Source: Octopus vulgaris (taxonomy: Eukaryota). From it: a stretch of 64,000 bases of DNA. Location of the stretch: positions 36,394,001-36,458,000 of the forward strand of contig OX597815.1 of NCBI GenBank assembly GCA_951406725.2. The letters are read 5' to 3'. The stretch's first letter is position 1. Each line of letters opens with the position of its first letter. The notes below the pieces were generated by a model. That model saw only the letters and a list, made by a program, of their open reading frames with translations. It did no database searches and was not told where the DNA came from. Below are positions 25,516-38,439 of the stretch, one piece after another. Made by a program: the position numbers and the translations under genes.

Positions 25516-26834
25516 AATACTGATGCTGAATAAAATCATTATAAGCTAAAGATTAACTAAATATTGTCCTCTTACATAGACATGGGACTTTAGAGAAAGA
25601 GAGAACAACACTGACTGCTCTGATGCCTAAGATGTTCAAGTTGTGCATTAAATGCATCAACCTCAGAAGATTGTGTGAGGGCATACAAAGGTCAGGGGTA
25701 CCGATAGCTCTTCTCTGACTATCTTTTAACCACAGCTAAAGCTCAAACAACAAATGTAAAAGCTGTTCTAACAGTGAAGAAAACTGAGTTGAACTGGCTC
25801 ATTTGGTGAATAAATAATCCCTGAACCACACAGGGTACCCACTCATGACATCAATAATATTATTACCTCATTGTTATTAACTGTTAAGTCATTTTTAGGG
25901 TAGCAGTGATGATGTTTTACATCCATTTCCATGCTAGCAGGGGTTAGTTTAAATGGGGCATTTGTTTTAACAGCTGGATAACCCATGTCAGCATAAAGAA
26001 TGGACATTAAATGATGATGATGATGATGGCCACTAACTATTACTAGCAACATGACTGGGTAAGCAAGAGTGAAAGTTGTTTAGTCAGCTAAAAGAATTAT
26101 GTGCCACTCACAGAGACATAAAAAAAAACAAAGAAAGAATGATTGTAGTAAGGTTAACTTATGACCATCTGATATGCACACTAGGATTTTAATTCGCTCT
26201 AGTTTTGCCACATAAAAATATCTAAAATATCCATCAGCAGTTCACCCTCCACACACAACCTCCAACCAAAATAAAACAAACATAGAAATTAATTCTTTCC
26301 ATTCCATGTTTTGCTGTAAATATAAGAAGAATAAAGTAAATATTATCACCGTCATACTGGTGATCAGTAGGTCCAAAAGGAATCAAAAACAAGAAAGTTA
26401 TTAACTATTTGAAACCCTAACTTTTCTAAAAGTGCAATGTGTATTTTAAGTATTAAAAATAGTCAAAGAGCAAACAAGTGAAATATATCCTGCATATTAC
26501 TGGCCCAGAAAATTAATGTTTTTAGATGGAGAGAGAAAAATATAGAAGTAACAAAATATATCTTTAAAAAGCGTAAAAACAATAACACTCTCAACGAATT
26601 GAAAAGGAAATATCATTTGAAAAACTACCTCCATCATACTGAAAATAAATGAAAGACGAGTTCAAATTTTATGCTGATTGAGACAAAATCCATTGGATTA
26701 TGTGTCTAAACATACATTCATATCTATCCATCCATACATACATTGATACATACACATGCATTTATTCAAAGTAGTGCATGTATGTCTGTGTACACACACA
26801 TCTACATACACACATACATACATATATATATATA

Positions 26835-27195
26835 TCATCATCGTCGTCATTTAACGACTGCTTTGCATGCTGGCATGGGTTGGATGGGTTGACTGAGGGC
26901 AGGCGAGCCAGAAGGCTGCACCAGGCTCCAATCTTATTTGGAAAAGTTTCTAAAGCTGGATGCCCTTCTTAATGCCAACCACTCTGAGAGTGTAGTGGGT
27001 ACTTTTACGTGCCACCAGCAAAAGGGCCAGTCCAGCGGCACTGGCAACAACCACGCTCAAATGGTGTTTTTTACATGCCACCTGCACAAGAGCCAGCCTG
27101 GTGGTACTGGCAACAACCACACTTGAATGGTATTTTTTTATATTCCACTGGCAATGCTGGCAACATTCACGCTCGAATGGTGCCATTTATGTGCC
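26835..27195 (-). mobile_element. Family C element with about four internal units
   Basis: catcatcgtcgtcatttaacg..gcatgggttggatgg..gctggatgcccttcttaatgccaaccactc..(tgccacc..ctggcaacaaccac..aatggtg)n. Confidence 0.88.
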
Positions 27196-28029
27196 TTTAT
27201 ACACACACACACATATGTATACATATATATTATATACACATATATATATACATACAAACACACACACAATTATCCTTGTTGTTTTAGCATCCACTTTTCC
27301 ATGCTTGTTAGAGTTTATTCAGATAAATTTTCTATGGCCAGATGCCCTTCCTGTCACTGACCCTCGCCTATTTCCAAGCAAAATAATACTTCCCCATGGA
27401 CAAACATGTTTTCACAGAATATTATAAATAAATGACGCTGGTAGTATGACCGGGAGAAACACAACTAACATGTGATGTTGAAACAAAGAGACACACACAC
27501 AACAAGCTTCTTTCATGTTCATCTACCAAATCTAATTATAAGGCTTTGGTCAGCCCAAGACAAAAGTAGAAGACACCCACCCAATGTGCTATGCAGTGGA
27601 ACTAAACCCCCAAACTATGTGATCAGGCAGCAAACTTAACCAACCACACACACAACTATTCAAGCCTACATGCACATACCTATCCAACTATCTCCACCAA
27701 TTTGCAATGAAATTATCTTTGCTTTAATTTGTGTACTGTTTGCAATACACAGGCATGTACTACATATGTCATCAAAATCATCACAACATCAAGTTGATAC
27801 TTTATTTTTGCATGCTGCTTGGATCTGCAGTATAGTAAATAAGCATTTCTCTTGATAGTGTAGCATGGTTTCTACATGATGAGCAACCAGCCTCTCAGAT
27901 CAGACTTCATTTATTGCTATGTCTTCCTTAGTTTTTCTATACCACAGGCTGTAGTGCACCGGAGCAGTTGTGGTGCACCTCAGCACTGTATACAATAATT
28001 TCATTATTATTATTACATAGATATCCCTT

Positions 28030-28400
28030 CCACTCTCAGCAAATATGTGAGAACCATTTACAGCAAATTGTCCATTCTTATCACAGGTCTACACCCATGC
28101 TCCATGCAATTGTTTCTTCTTTGTACACTAATTGATGTTTTTAAATGTTGTTCAGTCACTTTCTCAACTTACTTGTTCTCTACCTGCATGCAAGTTAATG
28201 TTACATATCCAACAGATTACACCCCACTCATTTCTCTCCCAGCTTCCACATTCATCCACATTCAATGACCATGTCTCACTACCATGTAGCAGGATATTTC
28301 TTTCTTCTACTTCATGCTGACTATCTTTCGTATACAGAGAGATAAAACCTTTATCAATAGAAATATTGGATCTTTGAACTTCTTTCTTCTCCCTCCTTGT
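28030..28400 (-). mobile_element. RTE-clade LINE ORF fragment
   Basis: Minus-strand translation LLHGSETWSLNVDECGSWERNEWGVICWICNINLHA matches the RTE motif (M/L)L(Y/H)GSETW..E..MLRWMC. Confidence 0.75.
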
Positions 28401-28455
28401 AACTACTAAACTTTTACTACAGCTATTTCCATTAAGTAATAATCATTACCCCATT

Positions 28456-28606
28456 CAACCATACCCCTTTCAACTAATTGACTACATCTGTATGTTCTTC
28501 GTAGTGTAAGAAGCATGTCATACAGTTTTGAAATATGGGCCATGAATTTGGAGGAAATTGCATGATCTGAAATTTGAATTTGATCTGGTTGACTTACTGT
28601 GCTAAT
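28456..28606 (+). repeat. About 150-bp repeat X, copy 1 (inverted relative to 30292-30442)
   Basis: caaccatacccc..gactacatctgtatgttcttc..ggccatgaatttggaggaaattgcatgatctgaaatttgaatttgatctggttgactt is the reverse complement of 30292-30442 with only scattered mismatches. Confidence 0.93.
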
Positions 28607-29059
28607 GGTAGGAAGCAAAAGCAAGGTAAAAGATAATTGAAAGCCAACAAAGAACTCATCCATGGACTGATGTCCTAACATATCTCACTCAATTGTACCT
28701 AACTTTCCTCACACAAAATAGGACTTGAGTTCTTGTTGTGATTCTGTTCCATCTTGCATGGGTCTGATGAAATTCATTCAAGCAGATTTTCTATGACTGG
28801 ATGCCCTTTCTATCACAAATCCTTACCTGTTTCCAAGCAAGGTAACAATCCCCTAGTCTGTCAAATGACAGCTTCAATATAGTTACATGGTGAACTGGAA
28901 ATAATACCATTTGAATAAGCCTTTTGTTTACAAGGATCATGCAACATGTCAAAATAAGTCAAGAAACCTTGACATGTTTTGATGGTTGACTGCAAGCAAG
29001 GATCACACAGCTTTTGTTGACAGCAAGGCTGTTGATTACAAAGGAATATACAAACTCAC

Positions 29060-29063
29060 ACAA

Positions 29064-29121
<58 letters not shown>

Positions 29122-29280
29122 GCAAACATATGACAGGCTTCTTCAGTTTCTGTCTACCAGTTTCACTCACAAGGTATTGGTTGACCCATGACTATAATAT
29201 GTAACACCAACAGATAGTGTTCATGCTAACCACAATGTTCTGAGACAAACTTCTAAACCACACAGCCATACCTGCATCTA
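29060..29280 (-). mobile_element. Decayed family A SINE (5' half) with (TA)n
   Basis: tgacaggcttcttcagtttctgtctacc..ctcacaagg..aaccacacagccatacctgc. A similar relic lies at 27490-27650. Confidence 0.7.
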
Positions 29281-29704
29281 TAATACATATGATAACCAAT
29301 GTGCTATTTTCTTAATGGCCATTTTTATCTAGCTATGATTTATTTTCAATACAATTGAAATGAAATTGTCTTAATTGTGCACCATCTAACATTAACAGTT
29401 CAATTTTTTCCAAATTTAACCTCACCATATTTTCCCATGAATAACCTCTGCCATCAATTCACAACAGAATCAGCTTGCACATATCAATGACCTGACCACT
29501 TTTAAAATGTTCAAAATGTTTTGCAAAATGTTGTCACATGGTTCTGGGTGCAACTCGATTCATACTATCGTAAAAGTTGTAGGCCAACCAAAGCCTTGCA
29601 AGTGAAACTGAATACACAGAAATTGTACAAGAAATCCATCAAGTGAAGCATAGTTATTCTTAGATGATAGATTTAATCAGTCATCTTGTTTAAAAACCAC
29701 CATT

Positions 29705-29956
29705 TCGTGCCGGTGGCACGTAAAAAGCACCATCCGTTCGTGGCTGTTGCCAGCCTTGCGTGGCCCCTGTGCAGGTGGCACGTAAAAAGCACCCACTACA
29801 CTCATGGAGTGGTTGGCGTTAGGAAGGGCATCCAGCTGTAGAAACATTGCCAGATCAGACTGGGCCTGGTGCAGCCTTCTGGCTTCGCAGACCCCAGTTG
29901 AACCGTCCAACCCATGCTAGCATGGAAAGCGGATGCTAAACAATGATGATGATGAT
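29705..29956 (+). mobile_element. Family C element (two internal units)
   Basis: Same body and (GAT)n tail as 20160-20503 and 37342-37575. Confidence 0.9.
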
Positions 29957-30291
29957 TTGGTACTTTGTGTTTACACTGTTTAAAGAATTCAAACTGGGGC
30001 TCCAGTCTGAGGATAATTTAATATCTTGATGTACTATTTCCTATTGTAGTAAACCAGGAGTGGTTTCTTCCTCCATCTATTTCCCCATCAGTGTTGAAAA
30101 AATTTAGAAATAATTCATGGGTACTGCTCTTCTTCCTCTAAACCATAAAAAATATTTTTTAATCAATTTGCATTATATGATTATATCAGCACAACTGTTT
30201 CATCATTTAATGTCCATTTTCCTCAAGGCACGCACAAGTTTTACTGTTTAGCTAGTTTTTCAACTTGTGTGCATTCTGCCATTTTGATAGA

Positions 30292-30442
30292 ATTAACACA
30301 GCAAGTCAACCAGATCAAATTCAAATTTCAGATCATGCAATTTCCTCCAAATTCATGGCCCATATTTCAAAACTGTATGACACGCTTCTTACACTATGAA
30401 GAACATACAGATGTAGTCAATTAGTTGAATGGGGTATGGTTG
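30292..30442 (-). repeat. About 150-bp repeat X, copy 2
   Basis: Reverse complement of 28456-28606. Confidence 0.93.
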
Positions 30443-30990
30443 GTTGGTTAGTTAAATATGTTATAGCATGAAACTACAGACGTGCTTTCAGCACCCTAAC
30501 CACTCAACTGCTGCACTTCTAATCAATGAGATATAATGAAGAAAATCTCACATTTGAAACATATTCTATTCTCTTCAATAATATCACGGTATTATACCAA
30601 ATAACATTAGATGATATCAGAGATGCCAGACATGTGGCAGAGCTATTAAAAATCTAAACCGAAATAATGATGAATGTGAGTTCAATGTAAGTTGTTCACA
30701 AACAAGAATAAATAAATAACTAAATAAATAAATAGATAACAAAATACAACATTCTAAATATGAAACTGCGAAGTAACTTCAAAAGTAGTAGAGTTGCTAT
30801 AGCAATGTGCATTAACTCTTACCGAAATTGGTTTCTAAAGTGTTCTCTAACAGATGGATGGTGATGAGAATATCAACTGGATAACATTCAGCAGCTTGCT
30901 AATGAAAAATACTCAATAAGGTATTTTGTTTTTCTCGCTGTGATAACTATTTTAAATTTGTCTGAACACCACATACATATACACATCCTC

Positions 30991-31145
30991 TGTGTGGTAA
31001 GTAGCTTGTTTACCAGCCACATGGTTCCGGGTTCAGTCCCACTGCGTGGCATCTTGGGCAAGTGTCTTCTACTATAGCCTCGGGTCGACCAAAGCCTTGT
31101 GAGTAGATTTGGTAGACGGAAACTGAAAGAAGCCCGTCGTATATA

Positions 31146-31201
<56 letters not shown>

Positions 31202-31430
31202 TGTGTGTGTTTGTGTGTCTGTGTTTGTCCCCCTAGCATTGCTTGACAACCGATGCTGGTGTGTTTATGTCCCCTTTACTTAGCGGTTCGGCAAAAGAGA
31301 CCGATAGAATAAGTACTGGGCTTACAAAAGAATAAGTCCCGGGGTCGAGCTGCTCGATTAAAGGCGGTGCTCCAGCATGGCCGCAGTCAAATGACTGAAT
31401 CAAGTAAAGTAAAGTAAAGTAAAAGTAAGT
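30991..31430 (+). mobile_element. SINE family A, near full length, with expanded internal (TA)n
   Basis: Same head, body and tail as 43130-43545; tail is (AAAGT)n. Confidence 0.93.
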
Positions 31431-31884
31431 ATATATATATATATATATATATACAACAGACATAGGTTTCATACATCATCCAAGGAAAGAGCCTATCTGA
31501 TAAAATATATAAATACACAGACTAATACCCAATATCTATTCAGTCTCACTTTGAAATTAGGCCCATGATGGCTTTTTAGCAGCTAAGGATAAAGGCTGGG
31601 CCAACCAGTTTCATTGTTATTTAACTATTTATCAGGATGTGCTCCCATCTCCCTCCCAAACTGCTTGTAATAATAGCTGAAACCTATTAGTTCACACATC
31701 ATCCCAAACTGCTGAAAAAGGCTTTAATGAACTTAATTTTGCAATAAAACTAAATGCATATAAATATGACTTTATACTTTTATTGTTACTACAGTAATTA
31801 TATTCCCCTGATGCGAAAGCTTTTGCTAACCAAAACTCTCCAACTACATATAGCATATCCTCCCAAACTTTTCAAGCATATACA

Positions 31885-32330
31885 TACAGGCTTGCTTATC
31901 GCCGATTCATTCATCACTGATCCAGGAAAACACTATGCTTAATTGTGAACCATGTTATGATTACCACAGACTGGTCTGTAATAACACAGGCTGGCAAATA
32001 GTTGAAGAGTCTGCTTGTTTTGCAAAAATGCACTCCAACAACCACTCACAATGCTCAGCTATGCAATGCACTGTCTATTGCTTATTTTTACATAGTTGTA
32101 CTATGAGGTTTACATATTTGTACCCATCAACACAGGATTAGTGAACAGAAAAAATACAAAGGTGTCATCCTAATAGATATAGCAAATGGGTGTATTCCCT
32201 ACAGGAAAAGGTAGAGATGATCAAGAAAATATACAACAGTGGGAGATTTCTTGTTATGGGCTGTGAGTTTGGTATCACTGAGTCTACTATTTACATAGTT
32301 TATAAAGTGCATAAAGATGATTCATTTATC
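31885..32330 (+). mobile_element. Tigger/pogo-like transposon 5' remnant (HTH_psq domain)
   Basis: VYSLQEKVEMIKKIYNSG..MGCEFGITESTIYIVYK (32190-32310) matches the pogo/Tigger N-terminal HTH pattern L.EKVE..G.EFG..ESTV..I.K. A TA|CAG..CTTATCGCCGATT TIR-like start lies near 31887. Confidence 0.6.
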
Positions 32331-33219
32331 AGTGCTGTTTTTTTTTTGTTTTTTTTTTTCAACTAAATCCCCATGACAAACTTTGACAGATGTACTACAA
32401 TGGGCTCTGTTACTTTAAAATTACCAATTCTGTACTACATGAACCTAAACGTGATTAATATACCAAACACATCACCTCCTATCACCTAGTTTTCACATCA
32501 CCCAGTTGCCAAACTAAATATTTTGTCCTATCCTTCTTCTTCAAGACCACATCTTGAAACACTCTGTCAGCATTTCACACACACCAACTAACCATGTAGA
32601 ATCCAAATTTAAATTTAACCAATTATCATTCAGTTATCTAGCTCTATGTCTCAGTCCTGGAAGATCTAAACATCATAAAGCACAGCTTATACTAACATAT
32701 ACAAGTTCCTTTTGTTTGCTTGTATGTGTGTGTGTATGCATGCGCGCTTTCATAACTAATGCTTTGTTGAAGAGAGCTAGTACAATTGAAACAAGTCTTG
32801 CTTTCACCACTCCTATCACTAAATGCATTTTCTATTTTCCCCAAAAATTTTAATCAGGATTTTATTGCTTTGTTTTTAGATTTTAGAGATGAGGTTTTGC
32901 TTAGTAATTTGCAAGGATAATCTCTGTAAATTGAAGTTTCTTGACTTGTACTACATATGCGAGGCCCTGCTTTAACTATAGCCATGTCATTATACTTTTA
33001 TGCAAATAAAAATGTATTAGAAGGTTAAAAAGGTCAAGTCTGTCTTGTTTATATTTATTTGTTAGACTAAGGGAACACTCCATAAGCCATACGGGTCAGC
33101 CTGGATTTGAGAGGTGGCCAAAGTTTGAGTGTTTAACATTGCCACTTCACATATAATTAGATCTAACATCCTAAAAATCTCATCTGCCTAGCATTCTTCT
33201 AAATTTTATTTACACTTAC

Positions 33220-33650
33220 TCCAATTTAGACTACATTTGTTCATCATTCAGTATACATATTTGCAATACACTACAATAGCACCCAATTTAGACAAGCCCT
33301 GTCCCCTATTCCCCATTCACTACAACTGCTCCAATTTAGATTAGCCCTGTCCCCCATTCAGTACTACTGCCCTAATTCTGATAAGCTCTATCCCTCATTC
33401 TCTGCAAATGCCCCAATTTAGACAAGCCCTGTTCCCCCTTCTCTGCAAATGCCCCAATTTAGACAAGCCCTGTTTCCCACTTAGTACAACTGCCCTAATT
33501 CAGACTAGCCCCCCCCCCTCCATTCTCTGCAACTACCACAATTTAGACATGCCCTGTCACCCATTCTCTGCAACTACCCTAATTTAGACTACTTCAGTTA
33601 CCATTCACTATACATACCATATACTACAGCTGCCCCAATTTTGACTAACA
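33220..33650. repeat. Degenerate minisatellite, unit about 41 bp, about 9 copies
   Basis: Repeated CCCAATTTAGACAAGCCCTGTCCCCCATTCTCTGCAACTGC-like unit. Confidence 0.9.
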
Positions 33651-34097
33651 AAAAGTAAATAACTCCATTTAAAATTACATTTAATGAATGGCAATTAGCA
33701 AAGGTTGCACAACAAATCTTTTATTTATCTGTTGTTTAGCCTATCGCCAGTCTAGAAAGAGCAGTGATCAAAGGAATTCCAGCCATGATCAACCTGTCTT
33801 TTTCCAGATATAGGATATCAAATGCTACATCATCGCATATGCCTTTTTTAAAGACAGCAGGAGAGAGCCACATTCAAATGCTAATAATCACAAGTGTAGC
33901 TATCCTAAAAAGGCACTTTCTTTGGTTTATTTCTTGTGGGTTGCAACGTCTACAAAAAGAAGGTAACATTACAATAAAAGTTCCTAATGTCCGACCAAAC
34001 ATGAAACTAAACAATAGCATTATATCACAAAATTATTAATTAGTATTTAGAAATATTTCTTGATATCTACACTACCATTACTCAGCAAAAGTATACA

Positions 34098-34330
34098 AGG
34101 CAGCGAGCTGGCAGAAACAGCACGCCGAGTGAGATGCTTAACGGTATTTCGTCTGCTGTTACGTTCTGAGTTCAAATTCCATCAAGGTTGGCTTTGCTTT
34201 TCATCCTTTCAGGGTTGATAAATTAAGTACCAGTTATGTACTGGGGTCGATGTAATTGACTTAATCCCTTTGTCTGTCCTTGTTTGTCACCCCTATGTTT
34301 AGCCCCTTGTGGGCAATAAAGAAATAAGAA
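34098..34330 (+). mobile_element. SINE family B, full length
   Basis: GGCAGCGAGCTGGCAGAAAC..GTTCTGAGTTCAAATTCC..TTTAGCCCCTTGTGGGCAATAAAGAAATAAG. Confidence 0.92.
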
Positions 34331-35349
34331 GTAGCACTTGTACAACATCTACAAACTAAAGTTCAGACTGATATTAATCTCCCAACCTCTTATGTTCATG
34401 GTATCACAGCTCCAGTTACTTGAAACTTTCCAGTCTTCTACAACTATTAACCTCAAAGTCAAATACTACATGTAACTTCATTCCCCACATGCTTTAAAAT
34501 AGCAAAGATACATCGGTCAATGTATTCCTAAAGATACAAAAAGACAGCTTAGCTGAAATGCCTCTGGTTAAAAGTATTTACAACCGGGTGCTGAGGATAC
34601 AACTACATGTACCCTCAACTGCCTGCTACAAGGAACCTCACCGAATACCCTACAAATATAATCTAACAGTTTCATATTACCTGTAACTTCCAAGACCTCC
34701 CTGCTGCACTAATTTAATCTGACAGTTTCCTACTAGTTATAACCTCACAAAGTACCCTATTACAAGTAGTTGTAAAGTGTTTAACTAGTGTGATGATGAT
34801 GATGAGAGTTTGTTCCTAGTTAGGAGCCACCAAACATGATAGTTGGCAGCAAGAAATAAAATACAACCACACAGACAAATCCTTGAACAATACAAGAATT
34901 TGATACAGTAAGCTGCAAGCCATGAAATAGAGACAAAGAAACTTACTCAATTTAGATTATTACCACCATAATATTTGTAATCACTAAGTATAGTCTTAAT
35001 TGTGGACTAAATTAAACTTTCAACTTGAAACCATTGGAAGGATATACCAGAAATATCACTACTAATATTACTGCTGTTGCTACTACTATTACTATGTCGC
35101 AGCTGTTTGAACATTAAACAAACAGGATAGGCTTGAGGAATTTACTGTATCAATTGCTATAATTAATATAGCTATTGGTGTTGTTAATAACATTAACATA
35201 CTTTTTTTCTAGACACTTGTAAAAATAATGTCTATTGTAAATAATAATTTATAAACATTTATGAAAATAATAAAAAAAAATATAATTTTGTTTTTTTAAA
35301 TTTTCCACAAAAGCATAGTTGTTCTTGAGGAGCAGGACAGAGTTACTTA

Positions 35350-35820
35350 CATCAAACTGTATCTTGAGTGGTACTGTATTTTATTGACAAGGATTTCTGA
35401 ATTAAGCGTAATGCCATAGCTGTTTAAGGTTGAATCAATCAACTCAATTGACCCCACTGAATGACAGGTACTGCTTTCTTTAATTGATCCCTGGATGGAT
35501 GAAACAAAGTCAACCTCAGCAACATTCGAAGTCACAATGTAAAAGAACATAACTAAATACCACAAAGCATTTTGTTTGGCACTGTCCCAATTCTGCCATC
35601 TACTGCCCTAATAAAAACAACAACAAAATAACAAAAATAGCATCCTACATTGGCACAAGGCCACAGATTTGTTGATTTGATTAAATCAACCTCTATACAT
35701 GCATATTACTTATTCCGTTGACCTCAAACTGTTGATAGGCAAATCCAATGGGATATGAACTCAAAATATAAGAAGAAACTAAATACTATAAGATATTTAA
35801 GGTGATGGTCTACTCTCTGC
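35350..35820 (-). mobile_element. Cluster of decayed family B-variant SINEs
   Basis: Repeated gaccccac..ggtact..ggatgaaacaaagtcaacctc..aaatacc blocks, all in the same orientation. Confidence 0.6.
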
Positions 35821-35989
35821 TTCTCCACTAAACAATGTCAATGACACAAGGATGGTAAATGAAGGAACATTACAAGAACAAATTACAAATATAACCTGAG
35901 GGGTTATGGAGAATCAGTTATGGAGAAAAAAAACCCCCAAAAAGAATGGCAAATAAAAGTATTCAAAAGATATGAAATAGAATGCACTA

Positions 35990-36660
35990 CAGATATAGAA
36001 TTGCCCTAATTACCAAAGGGAAATGCTTTCTCTCAGCTGTGTTCTCTGGTTTGAAATACATGCTGAGATTGGGCCCATTCATATGGACTGCTCTCATTAC
36101 TTTCACCCACCATTCAGAAAATCCCTTGGAGAGTAGCACTACCCTCTTCATACTAACCCTTCCAAGTGGAACTTGAAGTTGATAAGGGCTTGGTTTAAGA
36201 TATAAGTGTCTCTCTTCAATCCTTTCGACCATGTGCACTTTACACTATACAATGTAAACCTACCTGCCCTTCTTAGGCACATGGAGATGGGGAAATCTTC
36301 ATAATGGACTGAGCTGATAGCTAGATCTGTCCTACACACAACAGCCATTTGACAGAATTCTGCAAGTCAGTAACACTCAGATACTTAACAAGTGCATACA
36401 CAACAGTTTGATTATTTTGCATACATCCCATGCAGGCCAAGCTGATAGCACTTCTATGTCTGAAAAGCTTAGCCTGAACCAATAATGCCCCACCTCCCCG
36501 ACCAGTAGCACTGCCAGGCCAAGGATTTCTGGCAGTTGTCAATAGTTCATAAGCTGAAAGTCTTTCAGAACAGACTGTTCAGTTGATCTTCTTTGACATT
36601 CAGTCTCCCCAAGAATACCACTGCTCTCACCCTTTATAGAATGCAAGTGACTGTAGAATA
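35990..36660 (-). mobile_element. L1/Tx1-clade LINE ORF2 C-terminal fragment
   Basis: CQKSLAWQCY/ALLVQAKLFRH..CMGCMQNNQTVVYALVK is a degenerate zf-RVT zinc knuckle (C..C..ETV.HAL..C), followed by LINFKFHL..F..WWVKV. The segment has frameshifts and higher GC than its flanks. Confidence 0.7.
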
Positions 36661-36817
36661 TGCAGAGGCTGAGAAGGCACAATACTGTCTCTGGCAACCA
36701 TGTTTTAGCCAAAACTAAATATATATGGAAGCATGACTGAATTAGGACATTTATTTACTGAGAATTATGCCAGCATTATAAGATACCAAAGAAAACAATA
36801 GTAGCATTAACCAAAAT

Positions 36818-36900
36818 ATGTCTTATAAAAATGACAAAGCAACTATATTCTGGGATATATTAATCCATTTAGACAGGAAGATCAAAGATAATCAGGAAAT
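36818..36900 (+). mobile_element. Short R4/Dong RLE-domain fragment
   Basis: KNDKATIFWDILIHLDRKIKDNQ is homologous to ENEKATILWDMPIHTDREIKANR at 14152. Confidence 0.7.
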
Positions 36901-37341
36901 GTAGTACCTCCTAAATGCAAAAGGTGCCTCTGCATGGTCATTTGACCTGCTAGAAACAGGAGCCACATCTCCTTCATATCACAACTCACCTGTCTTACAA
37001 AAAAAAAAAATAATAATTTCTGGATACATTATACTTTAAATAAAGATTGAATTATCACATTTGAACATCTTTAACCATAGATCTACAAGGGGCTAAATAA
37101 TAAAGCTTCTAATTTAGGTACAAGGCAAGCCATTTTTAGTGGAGAGGTAAGTGGATCTCACCAATCCCAGCACTTGACTGGTACTCTATTCTAACAATCC
37201 TGAAAGGATGAAAGGCAAAGTAGACAGTTTACTCAGGATGCTTCACAGCATACTATTCACTGTGAAGAATCTATTTTTTGTGAATGTCCAGACATGCAGT
37301 TATCCTTCTTGTATATATCAACTGAATATATATTTTACAGA

Positions 37342-37575
37342 TGTGCCGGTGGCACGTAAAAAGCACCAACCGATCGTGGCCGTTGCCAGCCTCGCCTGGC
37401 ACGTAAAAAGCACCCACTACACTCACGGAGTGGTTGGCATTAGGAAGGGCATCTAGCTGTAGAAACACTGCCAGATCAGACTGGGCCTGGTGCAGCCTCC
37501 TGGCTTCCCAGACCCCTGTCGAACCGTCCAACCCATGCTAGCATGGAAAGCGGACGTTAAACGATGATGATGATG
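37342..37575 (+). mobile_element. Family C element
   Basis: GTGCCGGTGGCACGTAAAAAGCACC..GCATGGAAAGCGGACGTTAAAC(GAT)n. Confidence 0.9.
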
Positions 37576-38392
37576 AGATGTGCTATGACTAAATATCATG
37601 ATGTAAGAGAGATATAAGATGTTGTGATAGTGATGTCTATTTTCCATTATAGTACTGTAGAAAGTGAGAGATTTTGATGCAATACAAAAATCCTCTAATT
37701 AAAATTTAAAGGATGATTTATGGATGATAAAACTTTTAAATTATGAGAAAGAAAGGAAAGCAGTAGTTGGTGCTTAAATGCCTTTCCAGAAACCATCATC
37801 AAATACAGCTATGGCCAAAATGCAAAGGTATTCCTTTCAAGATCATCTTTCAACTATTTTACAAACTTGTCCCCTTCTTTCTTTTTAAGATAGAAGGGTG
37901 AAGTATTGGAAACTTTTAGCTGCTATTTCTAGGAGACAGGGTGGGTGTATAGTGTCTTTGTTTTAAAGAAAGTAAATAAAGCAGGTTCTCACAGGGCTAA
38001 GAATTCAAATGAAAGAATCCTGGTAATATGTGTGTTGGAATTCAACAAAAACTCAACCTTCTCCCCTGTTATCTGTCTACTCCACTGGTCGTCTGTCTCT
38101 CGACCTATCTACCCCCTTCCCCTCTCTTGTATTGCAACAGCAAGCAGAATGGTCCCAAGCTCCCCGATTCTTAAAGATGTTATTTATTTATAGAAAATAA
38201 TTGAAAAGTTCAATTTGATATGCTTTCTTCTGAACTTTTTATTCCCAGGATATGCAGCAATAAAAACATAACATTATACTAGGCATGATATACATACATG
38301 TGTATATATGTATGTAGTTATGTATATATAGCTGTGTCTGTGCACACTGACACATGTTTACGCATACACACATTTATAAATAAATAGCATTT

Positions 38393-38394
<2 letters not shown>

Positions 38395-38435
<41 letters not shown>
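38395..38435. repeat. (TG)n microsatellite
   Basis: Directly visible. Confidence 0.97.
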
Positions 38436-38439
<4 letters not shown>

